A stretch of 64,000 nt of DNA from Octopus sinensis (taxonomy: Eukaryota), in assembly GCF_006345805.1 (NCBI RefSeq), contig NC_043011.1, positions 16,876,464-16,940,463 of the forward strand, in the 5' to 3' direction. Each line of letters begins with the position of its first letter. The first letter of the stretch is position 1. The position numbers and the translations under genes were made by a program. The notes beneath the pieces are model-generated. The model was not told where the DNA came from. It was given only the letters and a program-made list of their open reading frames with translations, and did not search any database. Positions 14,001 to 26,614 of the stretch are shown here, piece by piece.

Positions 14001-17000
14001 ATAAAAAGCATTGGGACAGGTGCCACATAAAAAGCACTGATGAAGGTTCCACATAAAATGAACTGATGAAGGTTCCACATAAAAAGCATTGGGATAGGTC
14101 CCACATAAATGGCACTGGTGAAGGTTCCACATAAAAAGCATTGGGACAGGTGCCACATAAAAAGCACTGATGAAGGTTACACATAAAAAGCATTGGGACA
14201 GGTGCCACATAAAAGCACTGATGAAGGTTCCACATAAAAAGCATTGGGACAGGTGTCACATAAAAAGCACTGATGAAGGTTACACATAAAAAGCATTGGG
14301 ACAGGTGCCACATAAAAAGCATTGGGACAAGTGCCGCATAAAAAGCACTGATGAAGGTTCCACATAAGAAGCATTGGGACAGGTGCCACATAAAAAGCAT
14401 TGGGACAAGTGCCGCATAAAAAGCACTGATGAAGGTTCCACATAAGAAGCATTGGGACAGGTGCCACATAAAAAGCATTGGGACAAGTGCCGCATAAAAA
14501 GCACTGATGAAGGTTCCCCATAAAAAGCATTGGGACAGGTGTCACATAAAAAGCACTGATGAAGGTTCCACATAAAATGAACTGATGAAGGTTCCACATA
14601 AAAAGCATTGGGACAGGTGCCACATAAATGGCACTGGTGAAGGTTCCACATAAAAAGCATTGGGACAGTGACACATAAAAAGCACTGGTGAAGGTTCCAC
14701 ATAAAAAGCATTGGGACAGTGACACATAAAAAGCACTGGTGAAGGTTCCACATAAAAAGCATTGGGACAGTGACACATAAAAAGCACTGGTGAAGGTTCC
14801 ACATAAAAAGCATTGGGACAGGTGCCACATAAAAAGCACTGGTGAAGGTTCCACATAAAAAGCATTGGGACAGGTGCCACATAAAAAGCACTGGTGAAGG
14901 TTCCACATAAAAAGCATTGGGACAGTGACACATAAAAAGCACTGGTGAAGGTTCCACATAAAAAGCATTGGGACAGTGACACATAAAAAGCACTGGTGAA
15001 GGTTCCACATAAAAAGCATTGGGACAGGTGCCACATAAAAAGCACTGGTGAAGGTTCCACATAAAAAGCATTGGGACAGTGACACATAAAAAGCACTGAT
15101 GAAGGTTCCACATAAAAAGCATTGGGACAGTGACACATAAAAAGCACTGGTGAAGGTTCCACATAAAAAGCATTGGGACAGTGACACATAAAAAGCACTG
15201 GTGAAGGTTCCACATAAAAAGCATTGGGACAGGTGCCACATAAAAAGCACTGGTGAAGGTTCCACATAAAAGCATTGGGACAGGACACATAAAAAGCACT
15301 GGTGAAGTTCCACATAAAAAGCACTGATGAAGGTTCCACATAAAAAGCATTGGGACAGTGACACATAAAAAGCACTGGTGAAGGTTCCACATAAAAAGCA
15401 TTGGGACAGTGACACATAAAAAGCACTGGTGAAGGTTCCACATAAAAAGCATTGGGACAGGTGCCACATAAAAAGCACTGGTGAAGGTTCCACATAAAAA
15501 GCATTGGGACAGTGACACATAAAAAGCACTGATGAAGGTTCCACATAAAAAGCATTGGGACAGTGACACATAAAAAGCACTGGTGAAGGTTCCACATAAA
15601 AAGCATTGGGACAGTGACACATAAAAAGCACTGATGAAGGTTCCACATAAAAGCATTGGGACAGTGACACATAAAAAGCACTGGTGAAGGTTCCACATAA
15701 AAAGCATGGGACAGTGACACATAAAAAGCACTGTGAAGGTTCCACATAAAAAGCATTGGGACAGGTGCCACATAAAAAGCACTGGTGAAGGTTCCACATA
15801 AAAAGCATTGGGACAGTGACACATAAAAAGCACTGGTGAAGGTTCCACATAAAAAGCATTGGGACAGTGACACATAAAAAGCACTGGTGAAGGTTCCACA
15901 TAAAAAGCATTGGGACAGTGACACATAAAAAGCACTGGTGAAGGTTCCACATAAAAAGCATTGGGACAGTGCCACATAAAAAGCACTGGTGAAGGTTCCA
16001 CATAAAAAGCATTGGGACAGTGACACATAAAAAGCACTGGTGAAGGTTCCACATAAAAAGCATTGGGACAGTGACACATAAAAAGCACTGGTGAAGGTTC
16101 CACATAAAAAGCATTGGGACAGTGACACATAAAAAGCACTGGTGAAGGTTCCACATAAAAAGCATTGGGACAGTGACACATAAAAAGCACTGGTGAAGGT
16201 TCCACATAAAAAGCATTGGGACAGTGACACATAAAAAGCACTGGTGAAGGTTCCACATAAAAAGCATTGGGACAGTGACACATAAAAAGCACTGGTGAAG
16301 GTTCCACATAAAAGCATTGGGACAGGTGCACATAAAAAGCACTGGTGAAGGTTCCACATAAAAAGCATTGGGACAGTGACACATAAAAAGCACTGGTGAA
16401 GTTCCACATAAAAGCATTGGGACAGTGACACATAAAAAGCACTGGTGAAGGTTCCACATAAAAAGCATTGGGACAGTGACACATAAAAAGCACTGATGAA
16501 GGTTCCACATAAAAAGCATTGGGACAGTGACACATAAAAGCACTGGTGAAGGTTCCACATAAAAGCATTGGGACAGTGACACATAAAAAGCACTGGTGAA
16601 GGTTCCACATAAAAAGCATTGGGACAGTGACACATAAAAAGCACTGATGAGGTTCCACATAAAAAGCATGGGACAGGTGCCACATAAAAAGCACTGGTGA
16701 AGGTTCCACATAAAAAGCATTGGGACAGTGACACATAAAAAGCACTGGTGAAGGTTCCACATAAAAAGCATTGGGACAGTGACACATAAAAAGCACTGAT
16801 GAAGGTTCCACATAAAAAGCATTGGGACAGGTGCCACATAAAAAGCACTGGTGAAGGTTCCACATAAAAAGCATTGGGACAGTGACACATAAAAAGCACT
16901 GATGAAGGTTCCACATAAAAAGCATTGGGACAGGTGCCACATAAAAAGCACTGGTGAAGGTTCCACATAAAAAGCATTGGGACAGTGACACATAAAAAGC

Positions 17001-20000
17001 ACTGATGAAGGTTCCACATAAAAAGCATTGGGACAGTGACACATAAAAAGCACTGGTGAAGGTTCCACATAAAAAGCATTGGGACAGTGACACATAAAAA
17101 GCACTGGTGAAGGTTCCACATAAAAGCATTGGGACAGTGACACATAAAAAGCACTGATGAAGGTTCCACATAAAAGCATTGGGACAGGTGCCACATAAAA
17201 AGCACTGGTGAAGGTTCCCCATAAAAAGCATTGGGACAGTGACACATAAAAAGCATGATGAAGGTTCCACATAAAAAGCATTGGGACAGGTGCCACATAA
17301 AAAGCACTGGTGAAGGTTCCACATAAAAAGCATTGGGACAGTGACACATAAAAAGCACTGATGAAGGTTCCACATAAAAGCATTGGGACAGTGACACATA
17401 AAAAGCACTGGTGAAGGTTCCACATAAAAAGCATTGGGACAGTGACACATAAAAGCACTGGTGAAGGTTCCACATAAAAAGCATTGGGACAGGTGCCACA
17501 TAAAAAGCACTGGTGAAGGTTCCACATAAAAAGCATTGGGACAGTGACACATAAAAAGCACTGATGAAGGTTCCACATAAAAAGCATTGGGACAGGTGCC
17601 ACATAAAAAGCACTGATGAAGGTTCCACATAAAAAGCATTGGGACAGTGACACATAAAAAGCACTGGTTAAGGTTCCACATAAAAAGCATTGGGACAGTG
17701 ACACATAAAAAGCACTGATGAAGGTTCCACATAAAAAGCATTGGGACAGGTGCCACATAAAAAGCACTGATGAAGGTTCCACATAAAAAGCATTGGGACA
17801 GTGACACATAAAAAGCACTGATGAAGGTTCCACATAAAAGCATTGGGACAGTGACACATAAAAAGCACTGATGAAGGTTCCACATAAAAAGCATTGGGAC
17901 AGTGACACATAAAAAGCACTGGTGAAGGTTCCACATAAAAAGCATTGGGACAGTGACACATAAAAAGCACTGGTGAAGGTTCCACATAAAAAGCATTGGG
18001 ACAGGTGCCACATAAAAAGCACTGATGAAGGTTCCACATAAAAAGCATTGGGACAGTGACACATAAAAAGCACTGGTGAAGGTTCCACATAAAAAGCATT
18101 GGGACAGTGACACATAAAAAGCACTGATGAAGGTTCCACATAAAAAGCATTGGGACAGTGACACATAAAAAGCACTGATGAAGGTTCCACATAAAAAGCA
18201 TTGGGACAGGTGCCACATAAAAAGCACTGGTGAAGGTTCCACATAAAAAGCATTGGGACAGGTGCCACATAAAAAGCACTGGTGAAGGTTCCACATAAAA
18301 AGCATTGGGACAGTGACACATAAAAAGCACTGGTGAAGGTTCCACATAAAAAGCATTGGGACAGTGACACATAAAAAGCACTGGTGAAGGTTCCACATAA
18401 AAAGCATTGGGACAGGTGCCACATAAAAAGCACTGGTGAAGGTTCCACATAAAAAGCATTGGGACAGTGACACATAAAAAGCACTGGTGAAGGTTCACAT
18501 AAAAAGCATTGGGACAGTGACACATAAAAAGCACTGGTGAAGGTTCCACATAAAAAGCATTGGGACAGGTGCCACATAAAAAGCACTGGTGAAGGTTCCA
18601 CATAAAAAGCATTGGGACAGTGACACATAAAAAGCACTGGTGAAGGTTCCACATAAAAAGCATTGGGACAGTGACACATAAAAAGCACTGGTGAAGGTTC
18701 CACATAAAAAGCATTGGGACAGGTGCCACATAAAAAGCACTGGTGAAGGTTCCACATAAAAAGCATTGGGACAGTGACACATAAAAAGCACTGATGAAGG
18801 TTACACATAAAAAGCATTGGGACAGGTGCCACATAAAAAGCACTGGTGAAGGTTCCACATAAAAAGCATTGGGACAGTGACACATAAAAAGCACTGATGA
18901 AGGTTACACATAAAAAGCATTGGGACAGGTGCCACATAAAAAGCACTGGTGAAGGTTCCACATAAAAAGCATTGGGACAGTGACACATAAAAAGCACTGA
19001 TGAAGGTTCCACATAAAAAGCATTGGGACAGGTGCCACATAAAAAGCACTGATGAAGGTTCCACATAAAAAGCATTGGGACAGTGACACATAAAAAGCAC
19101 TGGTGAAGGTTCCACATAAAAAGCATTGGGACAGTGACACATAAAAAGCACTGATGAAGGTTCCACATAAAAAGCATTGGGACAGTGACACATAAAAAGC
19201 ACTGGTGAAGGTTCCACATAAAAAGCATTGGGACAGTGACACATAAAAAGCACTGGTGAAGGTTCCACATAAAAAGCATTGGGACAGGTGCCACATAAAA
19301 AGCACTGATGAAGGTTCCACATAAAAAGCATTGGGACAGTGACACATAAAAAGCACTGATGAAGGTTCCACATAAAAGCATTGGGAAGGTGCCACATAAA
19401 AAGCACTGGTGAAGGTTCCACATAAAAGCATTGGGACAGTGACTCATAAATGGCACTGGTGAAGGTTCCACATAAAAGCATTGGGACAGTGACACATAAA
19501 AAGCACTGGTGAAGGTTCCACATAAAAAGCATTGGGACAGTGACACATAAATGGCACTGGTGAAGGTTCCACATAAAAAGCATGGGACAGTGACACATAA
19601 AAAGCACTGGTGAAGGTTCCACATAAAAAGCATTGGGACAGGTGCCACATAAATGGCACTGGTGAAGGTTCCACATAAAAAGCATTGGGACAGTGACACA
19701 TAAAAAGCACTGGTGAAGGTTCCACATAAAAAGCATTGGGACAGGTGCCACATAAATGGCACTGGTGAAGGTTCCACATAAAAAGCATTGGGACAGTGAC
19801 ACATAAAAAGCACTGGTGAAGGTTCCACATAAAAGCATTGGGACAGGTGCCACATAAATGGCACTGGTGAAGGTTCCACATAAAAAGCATTGGGACAGTG
19901 ACACATAAAAAGCACTGGTGAAGGTTCCACATAAAAAGCATTGGGACAGGTGCCACATAAATGGCACTGGTGAAGGTTCCACATAAAAAGCATTGGGACA

Positions 20001-21245
20001 GTGACACATAAAAAGCACTGGTGAAGGTTCCACATAAAAAGCATTGGGACAGGTGCCACATAAATGGCACTGGTGAAGGTTCCACATAAAAAGCATTGGG
20101 ACAGTGACACATAAAAAGCACTGGTGAAGGTTCCACATAAAAAGCATTGGGACAGTGACACATAAAAAGCACTGATGAAGGTTCCACATAAAAAGCATTG
20201 GGACAGGTGCCACATAAAAAGCACTGGTGAAGGTTCCACATAAAAAGCATTGGGACAGGTGCCACATAAAAAGCACTGGTGAAGGTTCCACATAAAAAGC
20301 ATTGGGACAGGTGCCACATAAATGGCACTGGTGAAGGTTCCACATAAAAAGCATTGGGACAGGTGCCACATAAAAAGCACTGATGAAGGTTCCACATAAA
20401 AAGCATTGGGACAGGTGCCACATAAAAAGCACTGGTGAAGGTTCCACATAAAAAGCATTGGGACAGGTGCCACATAAATGGCACTGGTGAAGGTTCCACA
20501 TAAAAAGCATTGGGACAGTGACACATAAAAAGCACTGGTGAAGGTTCCACATAAAAAGCATTGGGACAGTGACACATAAATGGCACTGGTGAAGGTTCCA
20601 CATAAAAAGCATTGGGACAGTGACACATAAAAAGCACTGGTGAAGGTTCCACATAAAAAGCATTGGGACAGGTGCCACATAAATGGCACTGGTGAAGGTT
20701 CCACATAAAAAGCATTGGGACAGTGACACATAAAAAGCACTGATGAAGGTTCCACATAAAATGAACTGATGAAGGTTCCACATAAAAAGCATTGGGACAG
20801 GTGCCACATAAATGGCACTGGTGAAGGTTCCACATAAAAAGCATTGGGACAGTGACACATAAAAAGCACTGGTGAAGGTTCCACATAAAAAGCATTGGGA
20901 CAGTGACACATAAAAAGCACTGATGAAGGTTCCACATAAAATGAACTGATGAAGGTTCCACATAAAAAGCATTGGGACAGGTGCCACATAAATGGCACTG
21001 GTGAAGGTTCCACATAAAAAGCATTGGGACAGTGACACATAAAAAGCACTGGTGAAGGTTCCACATAAAAAGCATTGGGACAGGTGCCACATAAATGGCA
21101 CTGGTGAAGGTTCCACATAAAAAGCATTGGGACAGTGACACATAAAAAGCACTGGTGAAGGTTCCACATAAAAAGCATTGGGACAGGTGCCACATAAATG
21201 GCACTGGTGAAGGTTCCACATAAAAAGCATTGGGACAGTGACATA
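8010..21245. repeat. ~13.2-kb satellite of alternating 25-26-bp monomers (51/52-bp dimer)
   Basis: Monomer X is CACATAAAAAGCACTG(A/G)TGAAGGTT(C/A). Monomer Y is CACATAAAAAGCATTGGGACAGGTGC (26 bp) or ...GGGACAGTGA (25 bp). Degenerate monomers grade out to ~7835 and ~21335. Confidence 0.98.
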
Positions 21246-21422
21246 TAAAATGCACTGGTGCTGGTTCTGCATAAAATGTACTGGTGTTGGTTTCCCATAA
21301 AACTCTCTGATGCTGGTGCTACATAAAAACACTCATAAAGAACACAATGCATCTCATAAAGAGCACAATGAGGTGGAGAGACATATGATCTGGGAGTAAT
21401 TGAATAAAGGTGATACAAGAAT

Positions 21423-21587
21423 AACCATCACCAGTGTTTTTTATAAGGCATCAGCACCAGTGCTTTTTATGTGGTACCAATACCAGTGCCTTTTATGTGG
21501 CACTGTGATTTGTGAAAGGTTGATGAAGGAATGCCAAAGTTAACTAGCAATTATGAATGTTAATTTTCACCCAGCATCCTTGTAATA
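21423..21587 (-). repeat. Right arm of the 165-bp inverted repeat bracketing the satellite
   Basis: Reverse complement of 7751-7915, about 92% identical. Confidence 0.95.
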
Positions 21588-21877
21588 CACATCTCATAAA
21601 GAAAACAGCTCATAAAGAACTCAATGCATCAACAAGTCCAGAAAGCAAAACCATGACCTTACAATCATGAGTTCAGCTCCCTAGCCACAGAGCCTCCACA
21701 AGAAATGTGATGAGCTGGCAGAATCAAAATCATTAGCCAATGAAACAAAATGCTTAGCAACATTTCTTCCAAATTGTTATATTCTGTGTTTAAATTCTTC
21801 AATGGTCAATTTTGCCATTTATTTTAACAAGGTTGATAAAATAAAATCCAGTTGAGCAGTGGGCGTCAATATATATA

Positions 21878-22074
21878 AAGGGGACAAACAAGGACAGACA
21901 AAGGGATTAAGTTGATTACATCAACCCTAGTGCGTAACTGGTACTTAATTTATCGACCCCGAAAGGATGAAAGGCAAAGTCGACCTCGGCGGAATTTGAA
22001 CTCAGAACGTAACGACAGACGAAATACCGCTAAGCATTTCGCCCAGCGCGCTAACGCTTCTGCCAGCTCGCCAC
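21878..22074 (-). mobile_element. SINE family B monomer (Nin-domain-like central region)
   Basis: Central GAGGTCGACTTTGCCTTTCATCCTTTCGGGGTCGATAAATTAAGTACCAG; TSD TGGGCGTCAATATA at 21860-21873 and 22075-22088. Confidence 0.85.
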
Positions 22075-23070
22075 TGGGCGTCAATATAATCAACTTGCTT
22101 CACCCCACAAAATTGTGGGTCTTGTGCTAATATTAGAAAGAATTACAAGAAGTAAGGTGCAAATGAATCCAAAGAGAGTAGTTTTTCAGTTTTTTGGGTT
22201 TTTTTTAGATGCGACAATGTTAACATTATTATGTTATATTAGTAAAATGGTGAGATGGCAAAATTGTTAGCATGCTGGCTAACAATTTCTTCTGGCTTCA
22301 TGTTTTAAGTTCAAATTCTGTTGAAGGTGACTTTGCTTTTCAAACCCTGATGTCACGTTAATCAATTAGTTCCATCTCCCTCTAAAATGTCAAGCCTTAA
22401 GCTCTCTCAAGAGAAGAACTGCAGTGCATACTTAGGGTTGGTGTCCATGGTTGTGTAATCAGCTAATGAAAGATTCATTATGACACGAGTTTCAATTCAA
22501 ATTTGTAATAATGGAATTGGATGGTGAGAGTGTAATGGGAATTTGTGAAAGCAAAGATAAAGAATAGTAATTGAAACTCTATTACTTTTGCCATTGAGCA
22601 CTTAGGTGCTTAATTAAATGAACTGATGACTTATTAAATTACCTTGTAAACTGTAATATGCTTCATAGCCATATCTACATTTATCGCAATTTCCAGTGTT
22701 ATACAATACATGACAAGGCTGGACTTCTGAATTACATGAACAATTCATCCTTTGAGCTTTTGCAGAATTTAAGTCTACTCATATTTATTGACAAGTCAAG
22801 AGTCGATCCAAGGCATTAATAATGATATTTGCCCCAAACGTAACACAGAGGAATTCAATATAAGACCTCATGATTCACAAGCAAATTTAAGTTAAGGAAT
22901 CACTCAGTCATTCCTATGTCAACATGTAATATGATTTCTTCTTCATTGGGTTTTACTCAATGTTGAAACATAAATTGCTGTGAATAATGAATATTTGTTT
23001 AAGAAACTGTTATCACTATAATTCTGATATTTTGAAGGTAAAGTTAAGAACATGTCAAACAGTTTTCCTT

Positions 23071-23215
23071 AACCCTTTAGCATTTAAACCAGTCATATCC
23101 AGCCAAATGATTTTACATGTTTTGTGTTCAAACTGACCAGATCTAACCTCTCCCTATCTACCCTATTATGTCATTCTATAAATAAACACTGACATCATCA
23201 AAATTTCAAAGTGAA
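23071..23215 (+). mobile_element. Partial piggyBac-type (TTAA) MITE
   Basis: TTAA-CCCTTTAGCATTTAAAC start; similar to 50353-50500. Confidence 0.65.
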
Positions 23216-23216
23216 T

Positions 23217-23455
23217 TCATCATCATCATCATCATCGTTTAACGTCCGTTTTCCATGCTAGCATGGGTTGGACGGTTCGACTGGGGTCTGGGAAGCCAGG
23301 GGGCTGCACCAGGCCCAGTCTGATCTGGCAGTGTTTCTACAGCTGGATGCCCTTCCTAACACCAACCACTCCATGAGTGTAGTGGGTGCTTTTTATGTGC
23401 CACCGGCACAGGTGCCAGGCGAGGCTGGCAACGGCCACAATCGGTTGGTGCTAAT
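23217..23455 (-). mobile_element. SINE family E (ends in (GAT)n tail), 3' part
   Basis: On + it reads (CAT)n CGTTTAACGTCCG..CCATGCTAGCATGGGTTGGACGG...GGATGCCCTTCCTAAC; shared with 35926, 41746 and 63382. Confidence 0.8.
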
Positions 23456-23910
23456 AATAATAATAATAAAGTGAGATAAAAGGGAAGATAAGAAGAGAAG
23501 TAGCAAAGAAGGAAGAAAAAAAGGAGATGTTAGTGCTGATTGACCAATGGGGAAAAGCAGTCGATGGACAGTTGGGTGGAAGGTGGAACAGTGATGCCAG
23601 TAATGCTAGGGGACAAGAACTTTGAACAAAGTGTCTCTTTTAACCATTTGCAGTACCATAGACTTGATTAATTCAAAACAATGGGAACTAGTAGGCATCA
23701 CATTTGATGGATCAGTCTGAATAGTAGAGGGATAAATATCCTTGTGAGACATTTATTACATTTCATTTTCTGCTCCATTTTTCTAATAGCCATGTAAGAT
23801 TGTAGTGTAGAGCAATAATTTGGGTGACTTCAAAAGAAATAGATTTATAACAGCTCAGAAGTAGAGTTTGAGAAGTGCATTTTAGGATATCCAACACCAA
23901 AATCTTTCCT

Positions 23911-24109
23911 GTGGCAGTGTGGTAAGAAGCTTGCTTCCAAATCACATGGTTTCAAATTCATTTCACTGTGTGACACCTTGGGCAAGTGTCTTCTGCTATA
24001 GCCTTGGACTGACCAAAGCCATGTGATTGGATTTGGAAGCAGAAACTGAAAGAAGCCTGTTATATATATATATATATATAATATAATATATATAATACAA
24101 TATATATAT

Positions 24110-24143
<34 letters not shown>

Positions 24144-24339
24144 ATATAATATGATATAATACATATAAATATGTATATATATATATATATAGATATAGAT
24201 ATATATAATATAATATGATATAATATAATATAAATAATATATAAATATATGCATATATACATACATATATGTACATACCTACATATACTACATATATATG
24301 TATCTATACATGCATATATGGGTACAGGACATAAAAAAA

Positions 24340-24424
<85 letters not shown>

Positions 24425-24690
24425 ATATACATATACACATATATGTATATATATCTATGTGTGTGTCTTTGTGTCTGTGTTTGTTCCTCACCACTACTCA
24501 ACAACTGGTGTTGGTGTGTTTACATCTCTGTAACTTAGTGGTTTGACAAAAAGTGACTGATAGAATAAGTATTAGGTTTTAAAAAAATATAAGTTCTGGC
24601 ATTGATTTGTTCTACAAAAATCGTTCAAGGTGGTGCTCCAGCATGGCCACAGTCAAATGACTGTAAAAAGTAAAAGATGGAAGATAAAAG
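23911..24690 (+). mobile_element. SINE family A with central (TA)n expanded to ~400 bp
   Basis: 5' half at 23911-24060, TA-rich run, then 3' half at ~24460-24690. Confidence 0.75.
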
Positions 24691-25324
24691 AACTATTCAG
24701 TCTCTCTACACAACACATGCTTCTGCTGTGTCTTCTTCCTCTCTAAATAATCTCTCATCCTCGGCACCTACTGAATGTGGATCCTCCATCAATCCAAATA
24801 ACTAGATACTTGCACAATTCTTCCTATCACTTCTATTGTATATACCTTCCCATATTTCATAATAAATATTTTTTTTTTTTTTTTTTTTTTTCTGACGTGA
24901 CCCTGTAAAGACTAATTACTTCTTTTATATGTTCCCTGCAAATATTAAACTGCAAGAGTCCAAAATTGTGCTAATGGCTGTAATTGAAGTTTCTTGTTCC
25001 TATTGTCCTTTCCAGGCAAGTGCCTGAAACTCTTTGGTCATTATTATCCTTTTCATATTCAGACAGAGTGTAATGATATGGTTGCCTTTAGAAATAGCTA
25101 ATAACACCAGAATTTGGCACCAATAAATATAATCATTAAGGTAATCTTGTGGTCATGGTAACTGAGTCATCATTGCAGTTGAAGGTCTCAGCAAGCTGAC
25201 AGACTTTTATGTTGGTGAGAACCATTTCCATCTTGTTAAAAGTGAATAACATAATATTCTCATTCTCACTTTTTCTTCCTTTACACAGAACCATATATGT
25301 GTGTGTCTATATATATATATGTGT

Positions 25325-25645
25325 GAGGGCGCGTGGCTTAGTGGTTAGGGCATTCGGCTCATGATCGTAAGGTTGTGAGTTCGATTCCCGGCAACGCGTT
25401 GTGTCCTTGAGCAAGACACTTTATTTCACGTTGCTCCAGTCCACTCAGCTGGCAAAAATGAGTTGTACTTGTATTTCAAAGGGTCAGCCTTGTCACTCTC
25501 TGTGTCACGCTGATTATCCCCGAGAACTACGTTAAGGGTACACGTGTCTGTGGAATGCTCAGCCATTTGCACGTTAATTTCACGAGCAAGCTGTTCCGTT
25601 GATCGTATCAGCTGGGACCCTCGTCGTCGTAACCGGCGGAGTCTT
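25325..25645 (+). mobile_element. SINE family C (tRNA-like head), inserted in a TA microsatellite
   Basis: A box TGGCTTAGTGG, B box GAGTTCGATTCCC, then GTGTCCTTGAGCAAGACACTT. Confidence 0.85.
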
Positions 25646-25663
25646 TTTTTTTATATATATATG

Positions 25664-25731
<68 letters not shown>

Positions 25732-25892
25732 AATTAAATTAGAGATAAAACCACTATTAAGCAAATCAAACAGTGAAAGACACAAACCAAAATATAAAAA
25801 TAAATATAATTAATATAATATACAAAATATACAAAATATAAAATTTAAAATTTATATTATTAAAAAATTTTTTTTTTTAAATTATATTTATA

Positions 25893-25939
<47 letters not shown>

Positions 25940-26014
25940 CACACATATAATGTATGTGTATGTATTTATGTGCATGTATAATGTGTATGTATATATATAT
26001 ATATATAACATGTG

Positions 26015-26229
26015 ATCACATGACCAAAGCAGACTATCAGATGTTGGTACACATCACTGGTCACAATGCACTTTGTATTATTTTAGCCATTGAATGATGC
26101 CATCCCACTGGAGCAATATGAAACAAAGTGTCTCGCTCAAGAACACAATGTGCTGCTTGGTCTGGGAATCAAGCCTACAGTCTGGCAATCCTGAGGGCAG
26201 CAGCCTAACCACTCAGCGATGTGCCTCCA
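26015..26229 (-). mobile_element. SINE family F, short variant
   Basis: About 92% identical to 30515-30729 in the opposite orientation. Confidence 0.8.
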
Positions 26230-26614
26230 TGTGTGTGTGTGTGTGTGTATGTATTATACACACATATGCTCACGCACATACACACACATATATTTATATA
26301 TATACATACATATATACACAATAATAATAAAGGGTAAAATTAATTAATTAGTTAATAATTAATAATTTTACCAAGTAGTTTGGTATGTTAAAAGAACCAT
26401 TATCGGTAACCTTATACAAAAATTCTATAATTACAATCATGATTAGAATTAGGGTTCAGCAAAAATTGAATATTATTTAACTGCTATTTCTAAATTTCGG
26501 TATGTGGTGAAGCAATTTTTGCTGAACCCTAATTATAATTATACTTATAATTATAGAATCTTTACATATATATACATGTATATGCAAATTTGTGTGTATT
26601 TGCACTTTTATTTC

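Noticed and set aside
8010-14600. Hammerhead-ribozyme satellite or box C/D array, suggested by CTGATGA in monomer X
   Set aside because: There is no GAAA(C) partner or stem II/III in the unit, and the motif is replaced by CTGGTGA in most of the right half, so it is not conserved.
8010-21245. CRISPR-like array (constant 13-bp repeat plus spacers)
   Set aside because: The spacers are only 12-13 bp and alternate between two sequences instead of being unique; there are no cas genes and the context is eukaryotic.
7830-21418. Dozens of minus-strand ORFs, including the 2413-aa one, as a real Cys-rich repeat protein gene
   Set aside because: All three frames give permutations of the same peptides, unit lengths of 25/26/52 bp do not preserve frame, and no signal peptide or recognisable domain is present.
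25325-25400. SINE heads (here and at 32291, 46872, 48011) as functional tRNA genes
   Set aside because: They have A and B boxes but no complete acceptor stem, and they continue directly into SINE bodies with TSDs.
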